Below, in pieces: positions 7,957-17,432 of a DNA stretch of 33,698 nucleotides. How positions within the stretch are numbered: position 1 is the first letter of the stretch; each line of letters starts with the position of its first letter. Source of the stretch: a virus. The DNA is taken from positions 1 through 33,698 of the IMG/VR virus record IMGVR_UViG_3300007152_000001. The stretch is one strand, 5' to 3'. The translations under genes and the position numbers were made by a program. The notes under the pieces were generated by a model, which searched no databases, had not been told where the DNA came from, and saw nothing but the letters and a program-made list of their open reading frames with translations.

Positions 7957-9239
7957 TCACCAAAACTAGACAAAGATGCCTCACGCTCTGCCATACCTTC
8001 CTCTGCCAGTTCTTTAGCTGTCTTTTCGTCAACGCCCAAGGCTAACATGATGCGCTTCCATTGAGGCAAGTCAACGCCAGCACGCTCCAAGCTTTCAAGC
8101 GTTTGGATATTGTCTTTTGGAAGGTTGCGTTTAAAGTCGTAGGAAATTTCCGTTGTGTCGTAATCCTGCAAGCCACCAATTGTTGTCCAAAAGCCTTTCA
8201 AAAGCTGGTCTAGCTTCTCAAGTGATTGTTGCCAACTGCGCTCTGTAACCTTTGCGTCTGCTTCCATTAAACGGAAAAGCTGGCTAATCTGAAAAGCTGT
8301 GGCATTAGATAGTGAAGCCAACGCTTTAGGGTCAACGCTTGAAGCTGAAACCCAAATGCCTGACCACGCCTCTTTTGCGACCATCTCCGCAAATGCTGGG
8401 TTAATGTCCTTTGTGATAAACTCTGCTTTAGCGTCACCAGTACCAACAAAAACACCGCTCTTTTGCATCTCGGCTTTGACTGTGTCGTCAATAGTTCCCA
8501 TATCCTTGAGCAATAAATAAGCGTTGCGGAATGCGCTAAACTCTGTCACGTTGTCTGAAATGATGCGGTCATAAGCATCAATCAATCCAACCGCCTTTTG
8601 TGCGTTGCCTCTGCGCTGTTCGTTGTTCTTCCACTCAATAAGCGGAACGCTAAAGAAACCGTGTGGCACTCGCTCTGTCGTGGTTGAGCCACCTTTTGTG
8701 GTGTGGATAATCAAATCCCTTGCGGTGTACTCATAAACCTTCTCAACGTCTTTGTGGCACTCTAAAACGTAGCCACGTTCCTCGCCATCAACCTTGCTAA
8801 TCCATGCGCTTGACGCTGGCACTTGCTTAATACGGACTTTTCTGTCGTCACCTAAAACGCAAAGAGTGAATGTGTTGCCCCAGCCAGCGCAAGAAATCAT
8901 CAGGTCGCTATAAAGTGCGCTTGTGCTGTTTAGGCTGTCAAACTCTCTGTAAGCCTCTTTTACGGCTTCGGGGAAGTTGTCGGTGTACTCTCTCACAATG
9001 TTAGACATATAGCCCGACTTGGTTGTCTGAATGATTGAGAAGTTGTCAAAGGCGGTTTTAATGTTCGGGTCGCTGTCGCTAACCTTTGGTCGTGCAAGAA
9101 TTGGCACGCCGTTGGCATGTTCAGGATTGTCATACTTAAAGTTTGTGGCTGGTTTGCCGATAGAGCGCAGATAGAGGTTGTGTTTTAGTGTAAGCTCTTC
9201 TTTTTTAGCTTGCACCATATCTTTTAAAGTCTTTTGCAT
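7953..9239 (-). CDS. Portal protein (SPP1 gp6-like)
   Basis: GLIDAYDRIISDNVTEFSAFRNAYLLLKD core motif. 428 aa. Coupled to the MuF-like gene. Confidence 0.85.
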   Translation of the reverse strand: MQKTLKDMVQAKKEELTLKHNLYLRSIGKPATNFKYDNPEHANGVPILARPKVSDSDPNIKTAFDNFSIIQTTKSGYMSNIVREYTDNFPEAVKEAYREFDSLNSTSALYSDLMISCAGWGNTFTLCVLGDDRKVRIKQVPASSAWISKVDGEERGYVLECHKDVEKVYEYTARDLIIHTTKGGSTTTERVPHGFFSVPLIEWKNNEQRRGNAQKAVGLIDAYDRIISDNVTEFSAFRNAYLLLKDMGTIDDTVKAEMQKSGVFVGTGDAKAEFITKDINPAFAEMVAKEAWSGIWVSASSVDPKALASLSNATAFQISQLFRLMEADAKVTERSWQQSLEKLDQLLKGFWTTIGGLQDYDTTEISYDFKRNLPKDNIQTLESLERAGVDLPQWKRIMLALGVDEKTAKELAEEGMAEREASLSSFGE

Positions 9240-12049
9240 TATACTTCTCTCGCCTCAATCGTTGCTGTCAAATCGTCATTGTATCTAATGTTTGTTATCA
9301 GCGCCTCGTAAATTTTACCGCTACCAATTTCAAACAAATCGCCCTCATAATCCCAAGTGTATCCACTAGAAAAACCGCTTATACTACCTTTGCCTTTTAT
9401 TATACCATTATTGGCTATCGGGTCAATTGTGACCGTATCCGTAAAGCCTGTGTTTGTTACAGGATAGACGTTTATCACGCTTGTGGAGTTTAGGGCATCA
9501 ATAGAGCGGATTGAAATTGAAGCCTTGTCGGGGATGTCCACTTGGCTGTAAAGCTTAAATCCTACAATGTCGCCACCGTCTGTTAACACCTCTTTAATGT
9601 TGCCTGTGACCTCGCCTGTCATATCGCAAGTGTTAGCGATTAAAACACGGTCAAACAGTCTGCGGTTTAGCCCTTCAAGGTTTACGCTAAATTCAAAACT
9701 GTTGCGCTTTTCTTGAATGTTACGCAAGCTGTAAGAATAGCGGTCAACAAGGTGGTCACGGTTGTTAATGTACTTGCTTTCCTCTACAACGAACTGGTAA
9801 TCCACATCGCTTGTGCCAGCTTTGGGCGTTTCGTAAACGTCACCATCGTAATAGTAAAGACTTACTTCGTCCTCTGTGTAGGTGTCTTCATTGATAAACT
9901 TAACCCTCAAAGCGTCAACGGTTTTCCCTGCGTTTGGTGTCCATGTGAAATCCCACGAGTTGTGAGGCGTGAACATGTCCATCGGCTCTGCGTCAGGGTC
10001 GTCAAAAACAAATACATACTTACCTTCAACAAGCGTAAAGCCAGCTTTACAGTTGTCCAAAATCTTAGCGATAACCGCACCAACCTTTGTCGCCTCTGTG
10101 ATTAAACCGTCAGCATAATAGTTGTTTGTTTCACAGAAGTCGTATAAGTCCACAAGGCTATCATTGTCAATAAAGCTGACATCTTCCGCCCTTGGGTTGA
10201 CCTTTGTGTCAGTTAATAGGTAACGCACAATCGCCGCTGGGTTGCGTGTTTCTGCAACCGTGCTCCAATCTGCACCGTTCCACACAGGGCATTCAAGCTT
10301 TCCGATGTAGTTGTACTTCTTCAACTCACCGCTCAAAGACTTGTAAGCAATCGCTTCGACCGCAATTTGATTGACGCTTGGCAATATGTCGGAGTTTACG
10401 GCATCGCCATCAACGTGAAAGTTAAACTCGCTCATTGTAACTGTGCCGACATCACGGCTAGACTTTTCCAGCAAGTCAGCGGAGCGAACTCTAACGGTGT
10501 ATTGACCTTGTGGCAACTCAATCCCGATAGTCCTATAAAATAACTCATTCGCCTGTTTAACATCGTCAGGGGCTTCAAGGTGAACGGTTGAACCGCTAAC
10601 ACTTGTTGTCGAGCCTGAAAGCGGTTGCTTAACACCGTCTAGGTCACGGATATAAATGTCTGTTGCGTCTGAAATTGGACTATAAGAGCCAGCACCGACG
10701 AGTTTATACTCAATATCCACACTCGTTGTACGCCTTGAAATAGAACCGTTGTCATTCTGCCTGTACAAACCTTGTGGGAATGAAATGATAAAATCAATGT
10801 CAGTCGTGTTAACTGGGCTTGTTTCGATGACCTCCGTCACAACGCCAGTATATTTGTTTATACCGTTGTTTAGTGTTTCCGTGTTGTTGTAGTCGTCCGT
10901 TGTCAATTCCTCACTAATTAGCACCGTGTCCAGTTCGTTGTCGTTTTCTTGCACCGTGATCCGAGTGTCAGTTATAGGCTCAAAGCGTGTGTTTAAAATT
11001 TCAGTTGCGTTTTCAGCCCATGAAGTGCTTACAGTCGCTCGGTATGTTGTACCGCTAACAAGCGTTAAATCGCCAACCTCAATCAGGAAGGTGTCAGTCA
11101 AGTCTACGTTACCGCCAGCAGTATCAACCGCAACGGTTACTTGAAACTCTTTATTGCCCCAGTTGGCTGTGTCTACGTTGGTAAACTCAATAATGCCCTC
11201 ATATGCCACGCTGGTTGTTGTGGTTGCTTGGTTGTAGGTAAAAGTCGATGCCTGTGTGACGCCCTCTTGGTTGTCAACGGTCAACTGCTCCTCTTTTGGA
11301 ACTGAAAGCACGTTGTCAAAGCCAATAAAGGCAGAGCCACCAAAGCTTCTGTTGATTGTCAGGTATTCGGTGGAAAAGTCGCCTATTGCGCTTTCGCCAA
11401 GCTTTTCATCGTAAATATTTACGTCATTAAAGTTAGCTATAAAATATTGCAAATACTTGTTGGTAGGCGAGCCATCATTTACAAGCCTGTAAGGTCGCTG
11501 ACCATAAAAAGGTGTTTGAAGTGTTTGACCGAATAGAACAGGAAGGATACCTTTTGACGTTGTGTTTTCAGAGCCACGAATTGAAGCACGTTGCCTTACA
11601 GGGTCGCCCTCTGCCAAGCCGTCAGGGGTTGGAGTTAAAAGCCTTGTGAGTAGGCTCACACCTGTACCAACCGCAAGGGCAATACCAGCTTGAACAAGGG
11701 CAGGGTTGCCAGTAACCACACCAGCAACAATAAGAACAGCCGCAACCACAAAGCCGACAATTTCACCAACGTCATTCGGTCTAACGTAAACGTCTACAAC
11801 GTCACCAGCATTAAGCTTTTGGTATGGCGTAGCCTTGCGACCATTCACAAGCACCGTTTCAATCTGTCTGCGTGTGAAGTGTGCGATAAGGCGTGAACCA
11901 GCGATGTTTCGGTCTTCCGTTTCTTTTGCGCCAACGGAGTGCTGTGTTACAAACACAACGCCATTCTTTTTGCTGAACAACAAACGTGCAATTTTACGCT
12001 CTAGCGCAAGCAAGCCACCTTTTAACTTCTCTTTAATCTTATAAAACAT
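9239..12049 (-). CDS. Central tail fibre / host-specificity protein: lambda gpI-like N-terminal module fused to a gpJ-like body
   Basis: N-terminus: NAGDVVDVYVRPND followed by a hydrophobic stretch IVGFVVAAVLIVAGVVTGNPALVQAGIALAVG (gpI-like). Body: J-like segment NPAAIVRYLLTD. 936 aa, following a K-like peptidase. Confidence 0.75.
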   Translation of the reverse strand: MFYKIKEKLKGGLLALERKIARLLFSKKNGVVFVTQHSVGAKETEDRNIAGSRLIAHFTRRQIETVLVNGRKATPYQKLNAGDVVDVYVRPNDVGEIVGFVVAAVLIVAGVVTGNPALVQAGIALAVGTGVSLLTRLLTPTPDGLAEGDPVRQRASIRGSENTTSKGILPVLFGQTLQTPFYGQRPYRLVNDGSPTNKYLQYFIANFNDVNIYDEKLGESAIGDFSTEYLTINRSFGGSAFIGFDNVLSVPKEEQLTVDNQEGVTQASTFTYNQATTTTSVAYEGIIEFTNVDTANWGNKEFQVTVAVDTAGGNVDLTDTFLIEVGDLTLVSGTTYRATVSTSWAENATEILNTRFEPITDTRITVQENDNELDTVLISEELTTDDYNNTETLNNGINKYTGVVTEVIETSPVNTTDIDFIISFPQGLYRQNDNGSISRRTTSVDIEYKLVGAGSYSPISDATDIYIRDLDGVKQPLSGSTTSVSGSTVHLEAPDDVKQANELFYRTIGIELPQGQYTVRVRSADLLEKSSRDVGTVTMSEFNFHVDGDAVNSDILPSVNQIAVEAIAYKSLSGELKKYNYIGKLECPVWNGADWSTVAETRNPAAIVRYLLTDTKVNPRAEDVSFIDNDSLVDLYDFCETNNYYADGLITEATKVGAVIAKILDNCKAGFTLVEGKYVFVFDDPDAEPMDMFTPHNSWDFTWTPNAGKTVDALRVKFINEDTYTEDEVSLYYYDGDVYETPKAGTSDVDYQFVVEESKYINNRDHLVDRYSYSLRNIQEKRNSFEFSVNLEGLNRRLFDRVLIANTCDMTGEVTGNIKEVLTDGGDIVGFKLYSQVDIPDKASISIRSIDALNSTSVINVYPVTNTGFTDTVTIDPIANNGIIKGKGSISGFSSGYTWDYEGDLFEIGSGKIYEALITNIRYNDDLTATIEAREV

Positions 12050-12383
12050 CTAGCACCTTATATATTTCTGCCTTTTTAGGGATTGCCGTTGTGGTTGCGC
12101 CTTTTCTCGTCATGTGAAAATAATCCTTTGAGTTTAACGCATAGCCACAATGGAATGTGTCTTTACCGCTCTTAAATACAATTATACAACCCTTTGAGGC
12201 TCGTTGCACCTTCTCCAGCTTTAAATTGCTTCTAAACTCGTTATAGGCTCTTTGCTCGTCCTCAACCACAAAAGGGAAGTCAGGCAAGTCCATGTTGTGG
12301 CGGTCTTTGAATATCGCCTGAACAAGCGTCCAGCAATCCACCTTACCCAATTCAAACTGCTTGCTAAAGTATTCAGGCTTCAT
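12039..12383 (-). CDS. NlpC/P60-type tail protein (lambda gpK-like)
   Basis: Catalytic-Cys context GKVDCWTLVQ and downstream FHCGY His. Sits between the L-like and J-like genes. Confidence 0.65.
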   Translation of the reverse strand: MKPEYFSKQFELGKVDCWTLVQAIFKDRHNMDLPDFPFVVEDEQRAYNEFRSNLKLEKVQRASKGCIIVFKSGKDTFHCGYALNSKDYFHMTRKGATTTAIPKKAEIYKVLDVL

Positions 12384-12856
12384 ATGTACAAGTTCGGGAA
12401 TAAGTTGGGGTTGTATCTCACGGTTGACAAATTAAATTCAAGGCTCACACGCAAGTTTAAAACCATGCTCGTTGCGTCCTTCTTAACAACAATGCCCTGG
12501 ACCTCAAACACCCCTGCTGGGTGTGCGTCTACGTTTAACGTGTCGCCGTCCTTTTCAATCTGTGCCACCCATACGGAACAAATGATGCTCTCGTTGTCGG
12601 TTACGTTTCTAATCTCGTTGGCAAGCGTTCTGTCCACGTTAGACAACACAAGCCTTGCGCCCTGCGTTTCACCTTGAGAATTAGCTACGAATTTAAATGG
12701 ATATGGGTTGAACGTGTTGCCGTTATACTCCACCGCCTCGGTGTTATCCACAAGCCTGAACGTCTGCGATAGTCCGCTGTGTTCAAACTGCAACAATACC
12801 TTAATTGACCGCCCCAGCTTTCGACTAAATGCGCTTTTTATCATTTCAATAGGCAT
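12380..12856 (-). CDS. Minor tail protein (gpL position; DUF1833-like)
   Basis: YNGNTFNPYPFKF...ARLVLSNVDRTLANEI pattern and synteny. Confidence 0.55.
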   Translation of the reverse strand: MPIEMIKSAFSRKLGRSIKVLLQFEHSGLSQTFRLVDNTEAVEYNGNTFNPYPFKFVANSQGETQGARLVLSNVDRTLANEIRNVTDNESIICSVWVAQIEKDGDTLNVDAHPAGVFEVQGIVVKKDATSMVLNLRVSLEFNLSTVRYNPNLFPNLYI

Positions 12857-13293
12857 TACACACGCACCTCAACTTGTACTGTAATCTGTTCACCGCTGTC
12901 AGTTACAACCAACTCGCCGCTGTCAGTCACAAGGTTTTGGTCGATGATGTAAGACACTTCCTCTAACGCTAGTGTGATGTTTACATAGTAACGGTTGCTT
13001 ATAGTCGTAAAGGTTGGCTTGCCGACAATGCTGGCTGTTCTTGTCATATCCACACGGCAGTCATAATATTCAAAGCTTAAAGAACCCTGCCTAATCTCTC
13101 GGCGGTAAAAGTCCATAAAGTCTAGGTATTGCACCTGTGTTAAGATGAACTGCCCTTGTATCAGGTCTTTTACGTCTGTAAACTCTTGTCTACGGTACAA
13201 AGAACCAGCGTCTGGCGTTACCTCGCTGTAACCCTGCTGAATTTCGTTTTTAAAGCTGTTAGCGATAATCTCGCCAAATCTCCACGTTGCCAT
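12856..13293 (-). CDS. Minor / distal tail protein (gpM position)
   Basis: Synteny only: directly after the tape measure, with TAATG coupling. Confidence 0.45.
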   Translation of the reverse strand: MATWRFGEIIANSFKNEIQQGYSEVTPDAGSLYRRQEFTDVKDLIQGQFILTQVQYLDFMDFYRREIRQGSLSFEYYDCRVDMTRTASIVGKPTFTTISNRYYVNITLALEEVSYIIDQNLVTDSGELVVTDSGEQITVQVEVRV

Positions 13294-15033
13294 TTATGCC
13301 CCCTGTACTCCACTTGAACGCTGTCTAGCCAATGCCGAACTCACAGCACCGTCACTTCTTTGTGAGGATAATACTGCGCTGACCTCTCTCACAATAATAT
13401 CAAACTCGTTGTTGGGTCGCTGTACCGTTTCAATCTGCGCTTGACTGTTGTTAATCACGTTGATTGTAGGACTTGCGCCTTGTGCTTCTACGCCCAAGCG
13501 TCCGTCACTTGTTCTGCGTAGTGGCATGATAGCTTCTGCACCAGCCTCGCCCATTAAGCCTGTGCCACCGTTAGCCATAGGGAAGAATGTTGGCGCATTT
13601 ACAACGCCACCTTTAGCGAATGCCTTGACGCTTCCGTTTTCAAATGCGTTGCCTTTTGCGTTGGCTGTAACATCACCGCCACCAAAGCTTCCGATAACGT
13701 CCGTAAATATGCCAGCAAGCTTTTCCTGTGCAATCTTCCTTGCGATACCGCCAATAATGTCTAAAACAACACCGCCAAACTGTCTAGCCGCATCTTCACC
13801 GCTTCTAAATCCATCCACAAACACATCAGCAAAGCCATTGCCTAAATCGTCAACGCCCTCTTGCGCAAAGTCAATCAATCTTGCGGTCTTCTGTACGCTA
13901 TCGTCTGCAACCTTTTCAGTTTCGCCCTCAACCTGTTGCACAGCACGCTTCAACTCTTCAATCTTAGGAGTGACCGTGTCCTGCTGTGATGCTGGTTCGG
14001 GAAGTATGTTGCCCTGTGCGCTATCAAATAGCAATGCGTCACGTTCAGCACGCAGTTTTGCCAACTCACGCACAAAGAAATCCAAACGCTCCTCTGCGCT
14101 AGAACCAAAAACACCATCAAAGAAGCCGACACCATCTGCAATTTCTTGCTTTAGGCTTGCAATAACTTCCTCTGTTTCCCTAATCTTGCCGTCTAAGGTG
14201 AATGTGCCTGAAACGAAATCATCAATACCACGCACAAGGTCGCTCAATACGCTAACCGTATCAGTTGCTGTGGGTAAAAGAACCTCGCCAAGTGTTGCGC
14301 TTAAATCCTCAAGAGCACCATCAAGAACCCTTGAAGAGTTTGCAAAGCTGTCCTGTGAACGTGCAAAGTCGCCGATTGCGTTTTTGGACTGACCCAAAGC
14401 CAACTCAAGTGTTAATAGTGCTTTTTGCTGTCGGTCTAATTCACCAACAATGCCTTTTTCTTCCGCAAGCCTTTTAATGTCAGCCTCACCAATGGCGATA
14501 CCTAAAGACTTAACCGCCTCACGCTCACCCAGTAAGGCACTTGTTAAAGCCTGTGACGCTCTCGTTGCTCCGCCTTCTACGTTGGTAAAAGAAGCAAGGT
14601 CTACCGCTAGACGTGTTACAGCATCAGAAACCTCTAACGCCTTTTCACCTGTAAAGCCCAAACCTGTCAAAAGGTCGCCTGTGTCTGAAAGGAATTGTTG
14701 TGAAGCCTTGGAGGACAAGCCAAAGCTTTCAGCAATCTCGTCAGCCGTTTGCGTGGCTTCATCTCTTACGTCTTGGAATACTACGTTAAACTTGTTAGCC
14801 GTTTCTTCTGCATCGCTTGCGGCGTTAATCAACGCACCGCCAAATCTTGAAACCTCACGAACCGCTAAAAAGCTACCAACACCCACAAGGGCGTTTTTAA
14901 GGCTAACCATGGACTTGTCAGTTTTGCTTGCGCTACTGGATACGTCCTTTAACTCTCTATCTAGCTTGTCAAAGTTTCTAGCCGACTGCTGGGCGTTATC
15001 TTCAACTCTAATCCGAACTTTACCATCTGCCAT
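13294..15033 (-). CDS. Tape measure protein
   Basis: 579 aa, Ala/Gly/Ser-rich and helical. Follows the G/GT chaperone pair. Confidence 0.85.
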   Translation of the reverse strand: MADGKVRIRVEDNAQQSARNFDKLDRELKDVSSSASKTDKSMVSLKNALVGVGSFLAVREVSRFGGALINAASDAEETANKFNVVFQDVRDEATQTADEIAESFGLSSKASQQFLSDTGDLLTGLGFTGEKALEVSDAVTRLAVDLASFTNVEGGATRASQALTSALLGEREAVKSLGIAIGEADIKRLAEEKGIVGELDRQQKALLTLELALGQSKNAIGDFARSQDSFANSSRVLDGALEDLSATLGEVLLPTATDTVSVLSDLVRGIDDFVSGTFTLDGKIRETEEVIASLKQEIADGVGFFDGVFGSSAEERLDFFVRELAKLRAERDALLFDSAQGNILPEPASQQDTVTPKIEELKRAVQQVEGETEKVADDSVQKTARLIDFAQEGVDDLGNGFADVFVDGFRSGEDAARQFGGVVLDIIGGIARKIAQEKLAGIFTDVIGSFGGGDVTANAKGNAFENGSVKAFAKGGVVNAPTFFPMANGGTGLMGEAGAEAIMPLRRTSDGRLGVEAQGASPTINVINNSQAQIETVQRPNNEFDIIVREVSAVLSSQRSDGAVSSALARQRSSGVQGA

Positions 15034-15634
15034 CAGCTAAACTCCATCAATGCTCTTACACCGTTGCAAACAATAGCAGGGTGCTTTTCAACTTCTATCT
15101 TCATCATACCACATTTATGCCACCTGTATAAATCCAGTATCTCAAAAAACTGCTCGTCCACAAGGTCAAACAATTCACCTTTCTTGCCTATCGCAACAGG
15201 GTTTTTAACATTGCCAACGAAATAGAGGCGGTCACGTTCCGCCCCTGAAATCTCTTTGTATTTTCCTGTTTTAAGAAGCACAAAGGCGGTGGTTACTTTT
15301 TTTCAATTTCAAACACGCTCTTGCGAATGTCTTTGAACTTTAAAACAACGTCCGTCATAACGGAAGAAATAACGCCGTTACTGTACTTGAACAAGTCCGC
15401 CATCGTTTCGTATTCGATTAAATCGCCGTTCTCGTCTTCAATTTCAGGCTTGTTCTCAAACTCGATAAATAAGCTGTTCATAACGTCTAAAATCTCTTTA
15501 GAAGTCTGTACAGTCGCAAACTCGATAACGTCTGCCTGTGCAGGCTGTCGGAAGATAAGCGCAAACTCACCTTCCAACTGCTCACAAATGCTAGGCACTA
15601 AACGTATGTTTTCTGTAAGTACCTTCAATCGCAT
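15033..15634 (-). CDS. Tail assembly chaperone GT-type fusion, made by a -1 frameshift at 15296-15302
   Basis: After a -1 slip on A_AAA_AAG the reading continues GTA ACC ACC GCC TTT GTG CTT CTT AAA. That is in frame with the 15033-15281 ORF (..LLKTGKYKEISG..). Confidence 0.75.
15293..15634 (-). CDS. Tail assembly chaperone (gpG-like)
   Basis: 113-aa acidic protein between the major tail and tape measure genes. Ends in a slippery heptamer. Confidence 0.75.
   Translation of the reverse strand: MRLKVLTENIRLVPSICEQLEGEFALIFRQPAQADVIEFATVQTSKEILDVMNSLFIEFENKPEIEDENGDLIEYETMADLFKYSNGVISSVMTDVVLKFKDIRKSVFEIEKK
15296..15302 (-). promoter_or_regulatory. Programmed -1 ribosomal frameshift site A_AAA_AAG
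   Basis: Minus strand reads GAA AAA AAG TAA. The heptamer is in the correct phase and abuts the zero-frame stop. Confidence 0.8.
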
Positions 15635-16305
15635 TATACAACCGCCTTACTGTAAAACGCTGGGTTAATGTTGTTAACACCATCATCAGTAACACGCACA
15701 TTTGCTGAAAACGTCTGCGCAGAACCTTGGGAAATGCCGCTAGATGTTGACAGAATAGTGATAGGCAAGAAGTAAAATTCTGTCGGCTCGCCTTGAGTTG
15801 ACGCCTTGTTTACTTCAAGTTGCAGATAGAAAATATCGCCGTTTTGTTGTGATACTGTTGCGGTTGAGCCATCTGCGGAAAGTGAAACGGTGTCAATAAA
15901 GCGGTTAACAATATCCTTAACCTCTTCGTTACCAGCTTCGTAAACCCCATCAAATGAACCTGAAAGGTCTGTACGACCAGCAATGTAAGTTTTAATGTCG
16001 TCACAAAGAACAGTTGTTTCAATCTCGTCTTTATTGAAGTCAAGAGTTCCGTTTTGAACGTAGCACATGTTCGTGAATGTTACTGGTGCAACATCATCGT
16101 CAACCGCTGGTGTGTCTGTTGTTTCAAGGTAAACGAGGTAGCCAGCAAGAATACCTGTGGGAAGCGTTGAACCGCTTGTTGCCACGGATTTAACAAGATA
16201 CCAGCCATCGCTTGGGATTGGTGTTGTGCCGTCCCCCTCAATAAGGGAGCCAACTGTACCTTTGGCAAAGTTGCCGTTTAGGTCTGTAAGTCGTTTTGTT
16301 GCCAT
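15634..16305 (-). CDS. Major tail (tube) protein
   Basis: 223 aa, directly upstream of the G/GT genes and downstream of the tail-completion genes. Confidence 0.7.
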   Translation of the reverse strand: MATKRLTDLNGNFAKGTVGSLIEGDGTTPIPSDGWYLVKSVATSGSTLPTGILAGYLVYLETTDTPAVDDDVAPVTFTNMCYVQNGTLDFNKDEIETTVLCDDIKTYIAGRTDLSGSFDGVYEAGNEEVKDIVNRFIDTVSLSADGSTATVSQQNGDIFYLQLEVNKASTQGEPTEFYFLPITILSTSSGISQGSAQTFSANVRVTDDGVNNINPAFYSKAVV

Positions 16306-16734
16306 TTAATTAACCTTTGTATAATTGAACGTTTTAGCTAAAACATCAACAGCCAAGCCGTTTGTTAGCGTCTGTGCGCTAGGGCTTGCGCCATGTGTAG
16401 TCCTATTGATTGTATAACTGACAGCACCCAATGTCAAAGTGGGTATTTGTGTCAGAAATTCATTAAGTTGCTGTTTAATGTAAAAGCTGTTTTTCATGTC
16501 GGTGTAGTAAATATTAAACTGGATTAAGCTGTTTCCGCTGTCAAACTGTTCATCACATAGCGTTTGTGGGTCGCCGTCACTATCCAGCACATACATAATA
16601 GCATAGGGTGCTTCGGTGCTTTCGGGCGCTTCGCCAAAGTGAATTGACGGCGTAAGATCTGCAATAGGTGAACCACCGCTGTCGGTGACTTGGAAGTTGT
16701 CCTTTACATACTGAAATAACGCTTGTTCAAACAC
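16306..16734 (-). CDS. Tail terminator / tail completion protein (DUF3168-like)
   Basis: Size and position. The ...PYAIMYVLDS... pattern is typical of this family. GTG start overlaps the upstream stop. Confidence 0.55.
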   Translation of the reverse strand: MFEQALFQYVKDNFQVTDSGGSPIADLTPSIHFGEAPESTEAPYAIMYVLDSDGDPQTLCDEQFDSGNSLIQFNIYYTDMKNSFYIKQQLNEFLTQIPTLTLGAVSYTINRTTHGASPSAQTLTNGLAVDVLAKTFNYTKVN

Positions 16735-17113
16735 GTTTCTTTAACTCCCTTATAAATATACCCTCAACCTGCTTCTGCACCGTTCTTGCGGCGCTTCTCA
16801 TTACAGGGTTTGGTCGTCTGTTCATTACCCTTGTAAACGGCTTGACGTTCTGCGTCTTGCCATTAACCACTCTTGTGTGACCGCTTACTTGCTCCACAAA
16901 ATTGCTAAAACCGTACTCAATAGCCGCACTATATTCAGCGTTTGCCACAACCTCGTCACCCTCAATGCGTATCTGTCTGCGATAAAAGCCTGTGTCCGCT
17001 GGTGCTGTAACCTTTGCCTGTGCGTCCAATCTAGCAAGCACACGCTTTTTCGTGCTGTCGATAACGTCCTCAATCACTTGCTCATATAGAGGGACTTTAA
17101 CTTCAACCGTCAT
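16727..17113 (-). CDS. HK97 gp10-family head-tail component
   Basis: APADTGFYRRQIRIE...AEYSAAIEYG motif. Confidence 0.7.
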   Translation of the reverse strand: MTVEVKVPLYEQVIEDVIDSTKKRVLARLDAQAKVTAPADTGFYRRQIRIEGDEVVANAEYSAAIEYGFSNFVEQVSGHTRVVNGKTQNVKPFTRVMNRRPNPVMRSAARTVQKQVEGIFIRELKKRV

Positions 17114-17432
17114 TATCAAATACCAAGCTGTATTCTACATGGTGCGCCTTAATGCCTGTCACACCGTTAGACTGCGAACCAGCGCCGCTCACAAGATAAG
17201 ACTTTGAGCCATCGCTCACCTTGTCCTTTTCTTGAATGTCCACACCAACGTCAGCAAACAACACCCCAGCAACGTTTGAAGTGTCTTTACCGTTCAGGAA
17301 AGTGTTGCTGTTAGATGGTGCTTGAATGATGCCCTTCACCATGTGCGAAAAAGCGTAGCCACTAGGCGAACCAAAGTCACCATCTGAAAAGCGGTATACT
17401 GAAATCGGCTTGTAATATCCTTTAAGCGACAA
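17103..17432 (-). CDS. Head closure / head-tail joining protein (SPP1 gp16 / HK97 gp9-like)
   Basis: TTG start at 17432 preceded by AGGAGAA. Family-like pattern ...KDKVSDGSKSYLVSG...HHVEYSL. Confidence 0.55.
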   Translation of the reverse strand: MSLKGYYKPISVYRFSDGDFGSPSGYAFSHMVKGIIQAPSNSNTFLNGKDTSNVAGVLFADVGVDIQEKDKVSDGSKSYLVSGAGSQSNGVTGIKAHHVEYSLVFDNDG

